Below are positions 22,670 to 34,474 of a stretch of DNA of 64,000 bases, one piece after another (positions within the stretch are counted from its first letter, which is position 1; each line of letters begins with the position of its first letter). Source of the stretch: Candidatus Cloacimonadales bacterium. Its GTDB lineage: Bacteria > Cloacimonadota > Cloacimonadia > Cloacimonadales > JAFGVF01. The notes beneath the pieces were generated by a model. The model did no database searches. It saw nothing but the letters and a program-made list of their open reading frames with translations, and was not told the DNA's origin. Both the position numbers and the translations under genes were made by a program. The stretch lies in the NCBI GenBank assembly GCA_963667035.1, contig OY762964.1:448001-512000 (forward strand), in the 5' to 3' direction.

Positions 22670-22975
22670 CTAGCCGGCTATTTTATCTTTGATCTCCTCG
22701 ATCTCATCTTTGGCGGCATCTATGTGCTTTTTAGTTTCTTTCTTTTTGGCTTTCAAATCTTTTTCAATCTCTTTCGTAGTTTTTTCTATCTCTTTTTGAG
22801 TCTGTTCAATTTCTTCTTTTGCTGTTTCTTTAAACTCTTTTGCTTCTTTATTCATCAGCTCAAGATGATTTTTCACCTTTTCCTGTTTTTCCTTTAAGTC
22901 ATCAACCTGTTTTGAACAAGCTGTGAATCCCCCTATAATGAGGGTTGAGCATATTATTGCAATTATCTTCCGCAT
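22670..22975 (-). CDS. Small coiled-coil lipoprotein
   Basis: Lipobox FTAC; K/E-rich heptads; GGAGG RBS. Confidence 0.75.
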   Translation of the reverse strand: MRKIIAIICSTLIIGGFTACSKQVDDLKEKQEKVKNHLELMNKEAKEFKETAKEEIEQTQKEIEKTTKEIEKDLKAKKKETKKHIDAAKDEIEEIKDKIAG

Positions 22976-23087
22976 TCCTTAACCTCCGAATAATCTTTTA
23001 TTAACCAATTAACTAGATAATTCTGATGTCAAGTGAATTTATATCTTGTTTCAGCCATATCTGTAAAACAGTTGACAGTGTAATAGT

Positions 23088-23237
23088 TTATTGTATTAGT
23101 TTATTTGTTAGGATTAAACGGAGGTTCTTCATGCGTCGTTTGGTAATGTTCATCTTTTTATTAATTGCTGTTCTACTTCTTAGCATCTTATCGAAATTTT
23201 CTGCCATTGCAACTGTGTTAAATAACCTTATTTTCAT
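23088..23237 (-). CDS. 49 aa basic small protein (below the ORF-track cutoff)
   Basis: GGAGGT SD then ATG; MKIRLFNTVAMAENFDKMLRSRTAINKKMNITKRRMKNLRLILTNKLIQ*. Confidence 0.5.
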   Translation of the reverse strand: MKIRLFNTVAMAENFDKMLRSRTAINKKMNITKRRMKNLRLILTNKLIQ

Positions 23238-23544
23238 AATACCTCCGATTATAAATTACCCTTAACTCAGTTTATTGCAATTGTTTGTTTTGAAAACCTA
23301 CTTAACGAACAATGGGTTATTATAGGGAAGGAGTACTCTCATACTTTTTTAAAGTGGTGAACAGTTCTTCTGGTTGCACTTAATAGCCTAGCTGTTTTAT
23401 ATATACCATGCTCTATTTATGATATTTTATCATGCAATCTAAGTAGTATTATTCTTGGTAAAACTTTGACCTCTCTAGGGTGGATACTTTTAAGGGTGAC
23501 TCGCCAATTCATTTTTTATGTTATTTTTTATCACTGTTCGGTCA

Positions 23545-23682
23545 ATGCTCCATCACAATTATTGAGAGTCTCTTGAGCAATCCCTATGCAAAACTACCGA
23601 ATCTCCAATTTTCCAGAACAAGTGATGCATTCGAATCTGATAAGAGTTTGAGATTGGTATAACAATTATTGTGATAGAGCAT
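23545..23682. repeat. 138 bp segment bounded by 20 bp inverted repeats (MITE-like or structured RNA)
   Basis: ATGCTCCATCACAATTATTG ... CAATTATTGTGATAGAGCAT; 18/20 complementary. Confidence 0.45.
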
Positions 23683-23841
23683 AGATATAGCAATGAATCA
23701 TTGGTTACACTTGTTTTATAATGTATGGGTTTAATATTTTAAACCTTCAAATGTTTCCAAAATATGCGTGTTAAGAATTGTTTTAAAACATATTCCTTAT
23801 GGTACAAGTTACTGAACCTATACATTAAGAAGCCGGCTTGC

Positions 23842-26160
23842 TTATTTCACCACCATCATTTTTCCAATGGCTTCACTACCTTCACAGCTGACTTTATAGA
23901 AGTATATCCCCGATGCTACAGATTTACGATTATTATCCTTGCAATCCCATACTTGTGAGTAATACTCACCGGACTGCTTATCCTCGGATGATAAGCCTGC
24001 ACTTCTTACTAACTGTGAGAAACTCTGAGTTATCTTAATATCTCTAACCTTCTGACCTCTGATATTGTATATCTCTAATGTAGGTTTCCCTATAGGTTTC
24101 TTTGGTAATGTAAACTCAATGAATGCAACTTTCCCATTATTACCGTTAGGTGTTACCGGATTAGGAAAATGCGATAACTGGATTGTTGAAGGTGGAGAGG
24201 GTGCTGTTTCATTGTAAATATCTACAGTAGGATTATATTCATGTGCTCCCATATCTATTATATTACCCCATACTCTCGGATTACCCGTTATATCCAATGC
24301 CGGCAAGTTCATACCTAATGTATCAGGTGTTCCTGCATTCACGCATGGAGAATTCTCTGTTAGTTGTACCCATCTTGTATCTCCAACAGGTACATCACCT
24401 TCTACATCTCCACGAAACATCGGATTTGCATCAATATTATTTACTCCCCACAATACATTGTTGTTGGGATTATCTGCTCCCGGTACTCCTGAAATTCCGT
24501 TTCTTACAAGACTGTAATCTATATCAATATTTGACCATAATGGATTAGTATCTCCTTCTGCTGGAACCCATACACCCATTTCATAAGCTCCGTCAGGATT
24601 ATAAATTAAACTATTCCTGATAGTGTAATCTCCACCAAATCTAGTCATAGCAGTTGGCCCTGTATTATGTGCAATCGTCATATTGTTAATATAGCACTCT
24701 TCATGGTAAGTAGAGAAGTTAAACATGGGCATAGAGTTTGATAACGATGTATTGTTATATGCTAAGAAATTATTCAATTCAAGGTTACCCATTACATTGC
24801 TTTCAACAGAATTCCCATATGAAAAAATAACTCCAGTATCTTCAATTATCACATTTGTTATCAGCATATTATTAACAGATACTTTACTTCTAGCGAACCT
24901 TACTAATACAGTAGAGCTATCTTCCATAATGTTAGAAATACTATCAATAATAGTATTATTAAATATCGTATTCTTACACTCGTATGTTTTGATACAAGAT
25001 ATTTTATGTAAATCATGTTCGACACTATTTACCGAAATATTATTAAAAATTATGTTATTACTATACAAAATTAATAATCCTGGATATTCAGAATAATTAT
25101 TGATACATGCAACATCATGAACAAGTACATTACAACTCCTACTTACAAGCAAAACAGTTTCAACTTGTTCATTTGCTTGTGTGATAGTAAAATTACCGAC
25201 TTCAACATTAGTTGCATTTGAAATACCAATCTTACTATCCTCTCCTACATTTCCTATCACAACTTCATTAGGTATATCACCCATACCTAACATCTTAGTA
25301 TGAGATTGTAAAGCAATTGGGAAAAACTGATTGTTCAGTTCTGAACTGTATGTCCCCGGTAATAAATGAACAGTATGAGGATTAAGACTATCGGGTTTAA
25401 CCATCCGATTTGCATAGGCGATTGTTTGTAAAGCTGTTTCAGGACTAAGTCCATTATTGTTATCATCACCATCCGGAGAGACATACAAATCAGCATCTAT
25501 TTGACTGAAATAATTGTTCTGTACTGATATTTGTGGAGAAGGTAATCCCTCTTCATGAAAGTAAGACACAAAGAATCCATCAGGTTCGGCAATATTAACG
25601 CTCAGCGTATCGAGGACAATGTTAGTGCATTGAGAGTTATAAATGAAGATGTCTTGTACATCTCCATAATTGTTGAAGATGCTGTTTAAATTAGTAGTAT
25701 CATAAACTAAAGAAGCACCATTAAGTCCAATTCCTCCACCTTGATAGACAGTTCTATTTCCAAAAATCCTACATCCGGATAAAACAAGATTACTTGATTG
25801 TGTACATCTTATTCCACCGGTATTTAGTATTGTAAAACCGTTAAGAATAGCATTTTGTTCACCGTTAATCACTACTACACAACTAGATTGCTGATTCCCA
25901 TCAATAATAGTCGATTCAACAATACTCCAGTCATGGTTATTGGCATATTCGCTACAAACAGTAATGCTTTTGCCAACAAAGTCAATGTTCTCAAGATATC
26001 TTCCGGGATACACAAGTACTGTATCACCATTGTTTGATGCATTAATAGCTGATTGGATAGAGGTGTATGGATGAGTTCCATCAAGTGATACTTCTAGAAT
26101 AATAGAATTGAGGGTCAACATTACCGTTAATAATGATATTAGCAAACAAAGTGTTTTCAT
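23842..26160 (-). CDS. Secreted parallel beta-helix (DUF1565-like/choice-of-anchor Q) CTD protein, paralog A
   Basis: Signal peptide; YTSIQSAI...GDTVLVYPGRY.ENI; YVSPDGDDNNNG...ALQTI; SPCVNAG...DMGAHE; CTD ending GKMMVVK. Confidence 0.85.
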   Translation of the reverse strand: MKTLCLLISLLTVMLTLNSIILEVSLDGTHPYTSIQSAINASNNGDTVLVYPGRYLENIDFVGKSITVCSEYANNHDWSIVESTIIDGNQQSSCVVVINGEQNAILNGFTILNTGGIRCTQSSNLVLSGCRIFGNRTVYQGGGIGLNGASLVYDTTNLNSIFNNYGDVQDIFIYNSQCTNIVLDTLSVNIAEPDGFFVSYFHEEGLPSPQISVQNNYFSQIDADLYVSPDGDDNNNGLSPETALQTIAYANRMVKPDSLNPHTVHLLPGTYSSELNNQFFPIALQSHTKMLGMGDIPNEVVIGNVGEDSKIGISNATNVEVGNFTITQANEQVETVLLVSRSCNVLVHDVACINNYSEYPGLLILYSNNIIFNNISVNSVEHDLHKISCIKTYECKNTIFNNTIIDSISNIMEDSSTVLVRFARSKVSVNNMLITNVIIEDTGVIFSYGNSVESNVMGNLELNNFLAYNNTSLSNSMPMFNFSTYHEECYINNMTIAHNTGPTAMTRFGGDYTIRNSLIYNPDGAYEMGVWVPAEGDTNPLWSNIDIDYSLVRNGISGVPGADNPNNNVLWGVNNIDANPMFRGDVEGDVPVGDTRWVQLTENSPCVNAGTPDTLGMNLPALDITGNPRVWGNIIDMGAHEYNPTVDIYNETAPSPPSTIQLSHFPNPVTPNGNNGKVAFIEFTLPKKPIGKPTLEIYNIRGQKVRDIKITQSFSQLVRSAGLSSEDKQSGEYYSQVWDCKDNNRKSVASGIYFYKVSCEGSEAIGKMMVVK

Positions 26161-26179
26161 ATTCCTACTTTTTTATATT

Positions 26180-26262
26180 TACCGGGTACGCGGACATCCT
26201 TGTCCGCACTCTTTGTAGGCAAGATGCCTGCCTATAAACAAGGGCAGGATATACCTGCCCCC
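26180..26262. repeat. Three-hairpin REP-like element, copy 1
   Basis: GGGTAC-GCGGACATCCTTGTCCGC; GTAGGCAAGATGCCTGC; GGGCAGGATATACCTGCCC. Confidence 0.85.
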
Positions 26263-26275
26263 AATATCCATAGTT

Positions 26276-26310
26276 TTATTTGAGTAGCATCATTTTCTTT
26301 GTCAAGATTT
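26276..26310 (-). pseudogene. Orphan 3' end of a large-gene CTD (ILTKKMMLLK*)
   Basis: 33/35 nt identical to the last codons of 56987-60121; both differences are synonymous. Confidence 0.75.
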
Positions 26311-26353
26311 CCTCTTCTATAAAAAATATTGTGTAAATTATAAACATTTGCGA

Positions 26354-28777
26354 CTACTTCACTACCATCATCTTTCCAATGGCTTCACTTCCTTCACAGC
26401 TGACTTTATAGAAGTATATCCCTGATGCTACAGATTTACGATTATTATCCTTGCAATCCCATACTTGTGAGTAATACTCACCGGACTGCTTATCCTCGGA
26501 TGATAAACCTGCACTTCTTACTAACTGTGAGAAACTCTGAGTTATCTTAATATCTCTAACCTTCTGACCTCTGATATTGTATATCTCTAATGTAGGTTTC
26601 CCTATAGGTTTCTTTGGTAATGTAAACTCAATGAATGCAACTTTCCCATTATTACCGTTAGGTGTTACCGGATTAGGAAAATGCGATAACTGGATTGTTG
26701 AAGGTGGAGAGGGTGCTGTTTCATTGTAAATATCTACAGTAGGATTATATTCATGTGCTCCCATATCTATTATATTACCCCATACTCTCGGATTACCCGT
26801 TATATCCAATGCCGGCAAGTTCATACCTAATGTATCAGGTGTTCCTGCATTCACGCATGGAGAATTCTCTGTTAGTTGTACCCATCTTGTATCTCCAACA
26901 GGTACATCACCTTCTACATCTCCACGAAACATCGGATTTGCATCAATATTATTTACTCCCCACAATACATTGTTGTTGGGATTATCTGCTCCCGGTACTC
27001 CTGAAATTCCGTTTCTTACAAGACTGTAATCTATATCAATATTTGACCATAATGGATTAGTATCTCCATTTATCGGTTCCCAAACAACCATTTCATAAGC
27101 TCCGTTAGGATTATAAATAATATTGTTTCTGAGAGAGAAATCTCCACCAAATCTTGTGATTGCTGTGGGACTTGTATTGTATACTATTGACATATTATTT
27201 AGAGTACATTCATCATGTCGTGTAGAAAATAGTATCAAAGGTAAAGAATTAGATAAAGAAGTGTTATTATATGCTAAGAAATTGTTTAGCTCTAAGTTTC
27301 CACAGGTTTCACTTGCTAAAGTGTTACTATACTGAAAAATAGATCCTGGTTCGTTTATTACTGAGTTTGTAATCATCATATTATTGACTGTAACATCACT
27401 TTTCTCAAGCTTCACAAACAATGAACTTCCTTCTTGCATAACATTGACGATATTATCTACAATAATACCATTTAAAGTAATGTTATCACATTCATAGAGT
27501 TTAACACATGAAATCCTTGTCTCACTGTTTAAAACGTCTGAAACTGTGATGTTTTCGATTACGGAGTTTGAAATAGAACTAAAAGCAATACCCGGCTCTT
27601 GATTATAATTGTTTTTTAAAATTATATCATGAATATATAACTCATTACTTCTACTAGCTCCTAAGCAAAAGTCTGAGTTAAGACTTGATTGCATCATAGT
27701 AATATTACTAATTTCAACATTAGTTACATTTCGTGGTATTATTTGATATAGACTGAGTTCACTACCGATAATAACTTCTTCTGGAGATAATCCTAATCCA
27801 ATTAATTTAGTATTGGATTGAAGAGCAACAGGAAAAAACTGGTTATTCAGTTCTGAACTGTATGTCCCCGGTAACACATGAACCGTGTTAGGATTCAAAC
27901 TAACCGGTTGAATTATTCTACTCGCATAAGCAATAGTCTGTAATGCAGTTTCGGGAGTTAGACCATCATTGTTATCATCTCCATCAGGTGATACATACAG
28001 GTCTGCATCAATTTGATTGAAATAATTGTTCTGTACTGATATTTGTGGATTAGGTAATCCATCTTCGTGATAGTGTGATACAAAGAAACCGTCAGGTTCG
28101 GATATATCAATGCTAAGTGTATCGAGGATAATGCTAGTACATTGAGAGTTATAAATGAAAATATCTTGTACATCTCCATAGTTATTGTGTATACTGTTCA
28201 GATCTATTGGATCGAATGTAATCGATGCATTGTTGATTCCAATTCCTCCACCTTGATAAATTGAGCTGTTATCAAAAATACATGAACCGGAAATAACTAG
28301 ATTACTTGAATTGATGCATCTGATTCCACCAGATTTGTATGCTGTATTTCCTGTAATATTACAATTACTTATGCTAGCATTGCTTTGTTGTTTAATGTAT
28401 ATGCCACCGCCATATCTTGAATTACCATATCCAATCCCATTAGTTATTGTAAACCCATTAAGAGTAGCATTCTGTTCACCAGATATAATTACTACACAAC
28501 TGGATTGCTGATTACCATCAATGATGGTCGATTCAACTATACTCCAATCTGGATTATTGATATAATCACTGCATAAAGTAATATTTTTCCCTGAATAGTT
28601 AATGTTTTCAAAATACCTACCGGGATGTACAAGTACTGTATCACCATTGTTTGAGGCATCAATAGCAGATTGAATAGATGTATATGAATGAGCTCCATCA
28701 AGTGATACTTCAAGAGTGGTTGAACTGAGAGTCAGCATTACCGTTAATAATGATATTAGCAAACAAAGTGTTTTCAT
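26354..28777 (-). CDS. Secreted beta-helix CTD protein, paralog B
   Basis: Same motifs as A; 3' ~715 bp nearly identical to A. Confidence 0.85.
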   Translation of the reverse strand: MKTLCLLISLLTVMLTLSSTTLEVSLDGAHSYTSIQSAIDASNNGDTVLVHPGRYFENINYSGKNITLCSDYINNPDWSIVESTIIDGNQQSSCVVIISGEQNATLNGFTITNGIGYGNSRYGGGIYIKQQSNASISNCNITGNTAYKSGGIRCINSSNLVISGSCIFDNSSIYQGGGIGINNASITFDPIDLNSIHNNYGDVQDIFIYNSQCTSIILDTLSIDISEPDGFFVSHYHEDGLPNPQISVQNNYFNQIDADLYVSPDGDDNNDGLTPETALQTIAYASRIIQPVSLNPNTVHVLPGTYSSELNNQFFPVALQSNTKLIGLGLSPEEVIIGSELSLYQIIPRNVTNVEISNITMMQSSLNSDFCLGASRSNELYIHDIILKNNYNQEPGIAFSSISNSVIENITVSDVLNSETRISCVKLYECDNITLNGIIVDNIVNVMQEGSSLFVKLEKSDVTVNNMMITNSVINEPGSIFQYSNTLASETCGNLELNNFLAYNNTSLSNSLPLILFSTRHDECTLNNMSIVYNTSPTAITRFGGDFSLRNNIIYNPNGAYEMVVWEPINGDTNPLWSNIDIDYSLVRNGISGVPGADNPNNNVLWGVNNIDANPMFRGDVEGDVPVGDTRWVQLTENSPCVNAGTPDTLGMNLPALDITGNPRVWGNIIDMGAHEYNPTVDIYNETAPSPPSTIQLSHFPNPVTPNGNNGKVAFIEFTLPKKPIGKPTLEIYNIRGQKVRDIKITQSFSQLVRSAGLSSEDKQSGEYYSQVWDCKDNNRKSVASGIYFYKVSCEGSEAIGKMMVVK

Positions 28778-28796
28778 AGTTCCTGCTTTTTATATA

Positions 28797-28880
28797 TACC
28801 GGATAAGCGGACATCCTTGTCCGCAATCTTTACAGGCAAGATGCCGGCGAACAAAGAAGGGTAGGACATGCCTACCCTCT
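28797..28880. repeat. Three-hairpin REP-like element, copy 2
   Basis: GCGGACATCCTTGTCCGC; ACAGGCAAGATGCCGGC; AGGGTAGGACATGCCTACCCT. Confidence 0.85.
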
Positions 28881-28894
28881 AACGATTATATTGT

Positions 28895-31800
28895 TTATTT
28901 AAGTAACATCATTTTCTTTGTCAAGACTTTGTCGTTTGTTTTTAAACGATAGAAATATACACCTGATGATACTTGTTTATTATTCTTGTCACTACCATTC
29001 CAAACTACAGAATGATACCCCGGCTTGAGATGTTTATTAACAAGTGTAGCTACTTTCTGCCCTCTTATATTGTAGATATTTAGTTTTACATCAGATTCAC
29101 TGGAAATGTTATAGTTTATTGTTGTTGTTGGATTAAACGGGTTCGGATAATTTCCTACCAATGAAGTATAGAGGGGTATTAAACCTTGCTCTAAATCTTC
29201 TTTCTTAAATGAGATGTAAGCAAATCCTTCATTACAATCATTAGTAGTTAGTTTTTTAGCGATGAATTTCTTCTCAATTCTATCCATAACAGCATATTTT
29301 TCAATTGCTTTCTTATCTCCTTTATAAGAGTAAGCTAGTTGAAAGGAAAGCTCTTCTCCCAATAAAGAAGGGTCATCAACAACATAAGCTTTCAGAATTA
29401 CATCATTGGATTTTATTACTTCAGCTCCTTTGCATTCGTTATCCACAAACACTGCAATCTCTATTGGTTTATCTCCTTCACCAATTTCATCCATATCAAA
29501 AGAACAAAGTATTGGATAATAATCTTTCTGTTCCTCATAATCAAAACAAACTGGTAGCTCAACAACAGTTTCATTTACACCAGTTCCATTTGAATCCCAA
29601 GTAATTCCAATCGGCTCTGTATCTGTTGGATCTTCAGGCTCATGCTTTGCCCAACAAACAAAATCAACCGCTTCACCGTAGTTCAACGTAGGTGGATTAG
29701 TACCGATATATGAACTAATCCAAGTAGTTTTAGCTCCACTTTGTTGAGTGTTCAAATATGATAAGTTTATAGCTGACCAATATCTAGTTTTTATAGCAGC
29801 CATTTGGTCTAGAATATCTTCATCAATTGCTTCAAAGATTGTTTGACCGTCTCTAAGATAATACCCAACTAAAGTAGATTTTGTATTATCATTGATTCCC
29901 GGTCTGAATATTTTCATGTTCAAATTATTACTGTTATTGTTGGATGTACCGTTTCTAAATCCATCAAACTCAAGGAATACTGCATCAGGTGCTTCTTCTG
30001 TAAGTTTTAACTTATATCCTTTGATAGTATCAATAGATTCAGTTAGAGATGTCCATTCATTGTTTTGAACATCCCATCCTATCTGACCTGGCTCATCATA
30101 GCTCCAAAAAATTTCATCTAAGATTTCTGAATCTTCTTCGAAAGGAAGACTATCTATTCTATCTCCGTTAGTATTATAATGATACATTTGCACACCAAAA
30201 ACATACTCTGCTTGGGAGTAAGAACTAGCTCTTAACTCATCAATTCCGGGAAGGCAAATCCAATTATAGCCATCCTTGTCTAGTTCTAAGACACTATTCT
30301 CAACAGTAAATTCTCCGTTATTATCAATTGGTAAGTAAGGAATTGCACCTATATCTGGTCGCGACATATCTCTATCTCTATCTTCATAGTCACCTAATGG
30401 GTTTCCATTTCCAAGGAGTAGTAGTTCTTCATACCACAAAATCCCATCTCCATCCATATCTGGATTACCAGAATTAATACAAGGTGATTTTTCTGTAGCT
30501 GTCCAGCTTGGAGTATAATTTATGTCTATGAGCGGATTTATATCAATTAGATTATTTTGTGTAATCAGTGGATGAGTAGTATTTCCAATAAAATCCCAAT
30601 TGTCTGTATTGTTATTAAACAAGCAAAAGTTTACATTGAGTTCCTCAGTTGTTGTAATTGTGCCATCATTCCAATTAATGGCATTCCCGATTATATTAGA
30701 AAAAATACTATTATTTATAGTAATCCCTGGACCTTTTTCATGTACAAACCCATCACCTGTAATATTTAACAAAGTATTATTATTGAAAGTAAAGTAGTTG
30801 TTTGGATTCATTACAGTTCCATTATATACAGATTTTAAGCCAAATATTTCTATGCCATCAAGTACGTTATGTGTAAACTCAAAGTTGTTTCTGCCAAAGT
30901 AGTCATTGAAAAGAACAGCACCATCTGACTGGTTCTTAAACATATTGTGAGATATTTCAATCTTTGTGTAAGTCTCTTCTGATAACTCATTACTTATTAG
31001 TTCATCGTAAATTTTCATTGATGGAGTCTCAGCATCATAAGTTCTATTAAACATACAGTTAGTAATTCTTAAATTATCTAAACTACCGGTTCTTCTAATA
31101 TAAATATCCGCAGCTACATTGATATCATAGTTATTTGTAAAAGTGCAATAGTCAAAGTTGATTGAGCCAGTTCCTATATCATTATTGACGATTACACCAC
31201 CACCACTATTTGAACAAATTTAAGATGACCCACCTACAGATGTATCTGAGAAATTGCTAATAAAAGAACAGCTCTGAACATCTATAGAACCAGATAATGC
31301 CAATGCACCTCCACCAATAACTGAATCACAATGATTATAGTCGAATATACAGTCCTGAAACATAGGAGCCTCTTCTTGGTCAACCACACCTTGAACAAAC
31401 ACAGCTCCTCCAACTCCAATACAATTATCTGAAAGATCATAATTATTACATCCTGAATAGTTTGTGCTATTGTTGAAAAAATAACATCTATCAACAATAG
31501 GAGAAGCTCCATTCAATAGTGTTATTGCAGGTCCTCTCGTATAAGTTTGGCATTCTTCAAATCTAAATCCCTCAATCGTGTCGGTGTTATCAATTCCTTC
31601 CCAATCAAGCTTTATTGCATGGTTTGTGCTAGTTAACTCAGCAGGGTCTTGCTGATTAGTAAATAGACGAATATGTTTATGTCTCCACGATAGGTTGCTT
31701 ACCTGGTATGCACTACCGTCTTGATTTGGAAAGACTACAACAATTCCATCATCTTGAATACGATCAATTGCTTCTTGAATAGACTGATAGTCATAAGGTA

Positions 31801-34156
31801 CTCTAATGATCCGATCACAATTTTCAACAAGTTGAATAGATATAGAAGTGCTTAAATCAATCAGACCAGGAGCTTGATCTGGGTACTTTTTATTCTCAAA
31901 ATTATTAGAGTTATGCTGAAAAACCAATGTAACTTCTTCATCCTCTGGACATGGGAAAGAAAATGAGCCATCTGAATTACTAAAGTAGAAATACTCTTCT
32001 CCATTTTCATTGGTCAAAATAATTCTTGTAATTCCTGTATGAGGTGGATTTCCCGTATAACCTTCTAATGATATATTTCCATTAATAAAATTAAGGACCT
32101 TAATGGTTCTTATATAGCATTTATAGTTTGGGGCTGTTACAGTCAAAGTAATCGGACTATTTGTTTCAGGAGTAAATGTAAAGGTAATGCTACCATTAAC
32201 ATCTGTTTTGCCATATTGATACACATCATCTTCACTTTTTAAACAAACTAGTGCATCAAACACACCAGTCTCGACTGTTATTGAATTCTCAATGTTAATT
32301 CCAATATTACTATTGGATATATTCACTATAAAGTCTTGTGGATCTTCCGTTAGCAATGGAAGTTCAGGATCTCCCAACAGGTTATGAGAGTACATTAACC
32401 AAGAGTATGAGTTAAATGAATCAGGAAGCATATTTTTTGAATAATTAAAACATGCTCCTAAATGAAACGATTGATTATCTGAGTTCTGCATAAACAGACA
32501 TTGGTAGAAATCTTTTATCAAAGTTAATGAAGAACCTAAGTCGGCTGTAACTTGAAAACCATTCCCCCAGCCATAGCGAGAACTCCCTATATAAGCTACT
32601 GCACCACCATTTTCTCTACGTGTAAAGCCTTCTCCTAAACTTAATTGGCTACTATCAAAACTATTTGTATTACATGCAGTTGTTGCTATGATACCTTGAG
32701 TTGAACTATTTGATAGAGATGATAATGTTTCTGTGTCAAAATAATCACCAGATTCCATTACCCATAAGTTTGTACTTCCATGCGTGCACATTACCATAAA
32801 TCCATATCCTGTGTTAATTCTATCCTTAACATGGTTTTCTGTTACATCATAACTTGCACCTTCAAAGCTAGTATCGCTATCATACAATTTGTCATGAGTT
32901 CCACTCGACCAATAAGGGGATATGTAATTATTCCACATATTCTCTAAACGCCAATAAGCATCACTATTAATAGGATATCCCCAACTATGCCAACATTCAA
33001 TACCACTCATAAGCATTTCTGTAGCAAAATTACTACTTGGAGGATACTGTTCATAATTAACAGTTTTATTAACAAATGAATCAACTGTTGCATCTGTAAC
33101 AGAAGCTCTTCCTATGTAAACTTCTGGTCCTAAATCAATATTATCTGTTGTCTCTCCGCATATTCCATTATTATTGGCATCCCAATTGAATGAAAGGTCA
33201 AAACAGGAATAAAAAAGGTCTGCAGGGATAGTAGCATCTGCACAACTACCGCATTCTGCATAACAATCTTGGTCTGGTATTACATCAATATCTCCTCCTA
33301 GTAGAAACCATGTTGTCCCTTTGTTTAGGTAATAGTCATGTATGCAATTCTTAATCTTAAGCTGATTTGTTGCTCCTGGGAAATTAGAGTATATGAATTC
33401 GGTAGTAATAATTTCTGCTGGAACTCCTTTCTGAGTTTTCCAATCAGCTAATACTTCAAAATTATCAGAAAGTTCATTATTAGTCAGTATTAAATAACTA
33501 ACATCGTTGGGATTAGAGGGGGATCTGTTAGTGCAAGTACTAACATCATTAGGATTTACCACGATTCTCTTAAGCTCTTCTCCAAAGGAGCCATCATCCC
33601 AGTTCAGTGAGGTAGCATTTTTAAAATCAGAATACTCAATATCAATCTTGATATTTGTCACTATCCAAAGCTCTTTACTTGCCGGATAGTAAATAAATGG
33701 AGATTGGAGAAATGAGAGATATTTATAACATCTTATAATAGTAGAAGACGTATATGTACAATTCTTTTCCGGGAACATTTTTTGAGAATTATAAATCAAA
33801 GGATTAGGTTCTACTTTGACAATGTCTTTTTTACTAATTGATGTAGGGTACTCATTTTGAGCCTGAGCTATTGTAATATCTTTATCTACCAATTCCAAAT
33901 CATAACTTACATCTATACCAGTAAATTCAGCACCAATTGGGACGGAGTACCTTATTTGTTTATATGGCAAATTAGGAGAGCCTGCTTCACCTGAGTATAC
34001 ATAATCGAAATTGCTTCTAGGTTGAATCTGAGTACCATCTTCTGTCTCTAAAAATTCAAAGTTTTCTACTTGATAATTTAATGTGATTGAAGCTTTTGTT
34101 GCGGATAGCAAAGAAATAGCAACAAGTAACATCCATGTGATAACTCTACTTTTCAT
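28895..34156 (-). pseudogene. ~1750-codon C25 peptidase + beta-helix + CTD gene split by one in-frame TAA (31220-31222) into the 978 aa and 719 aa ORFs
   Basis: The frame continues past TAA (GGSS*ICSNSGGGVIVNND...) directly into the 719 aa ORF (168 nt offset). C25 motifs WKTQKG, LLGGD, IGRAS, CTHG, TTACNT, NLLGDP; CTD GNYPNPFNP...KKMMLLK. Confidence 0.82.
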
Positions 34157-34474
34157 ACTTCCTCCAATAATAAATGCATTTGTGTCATTTTATTGTTTGC
34201 ACAACATCAAGTTGTCTTCCCAGTTCTCTTTCCTTTAGAATTGCTTATAGAGATAATTGTTTAATTATATTTTAATAAGTCAAGATATTTAAAAATCTAC
34301 TAGAAATGTAAATAGCATTTTATGAATATGTAGTTACATGCATACTAATAACTCAAAGAGCTATATTATGTCAGTATATTTAGCATACTTAGTCATAGCA
34401 TTAACTTGTGAGAGTTGCAGTATAATACAGAATGATTTTCTTCAGAGAGTGCTTACTCAGTGAGCTATTTATAT

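Noticed and set aside
23026..23265. 79 aa plus-strand ORF
   Set aside because: It overlaps the minus-strand 49 aa ORF, which is co-oriented with its neighbours. A shorter plus-strand start after CGGAGG cannot be fully excluded.
24243..24548. Repeated 101 aa plus-strand ORF (also 26755, 52218, 54838)
   Set aside because: Antisense shadow of the duplicated C-terminal block; it is repeated only because the DNA is.
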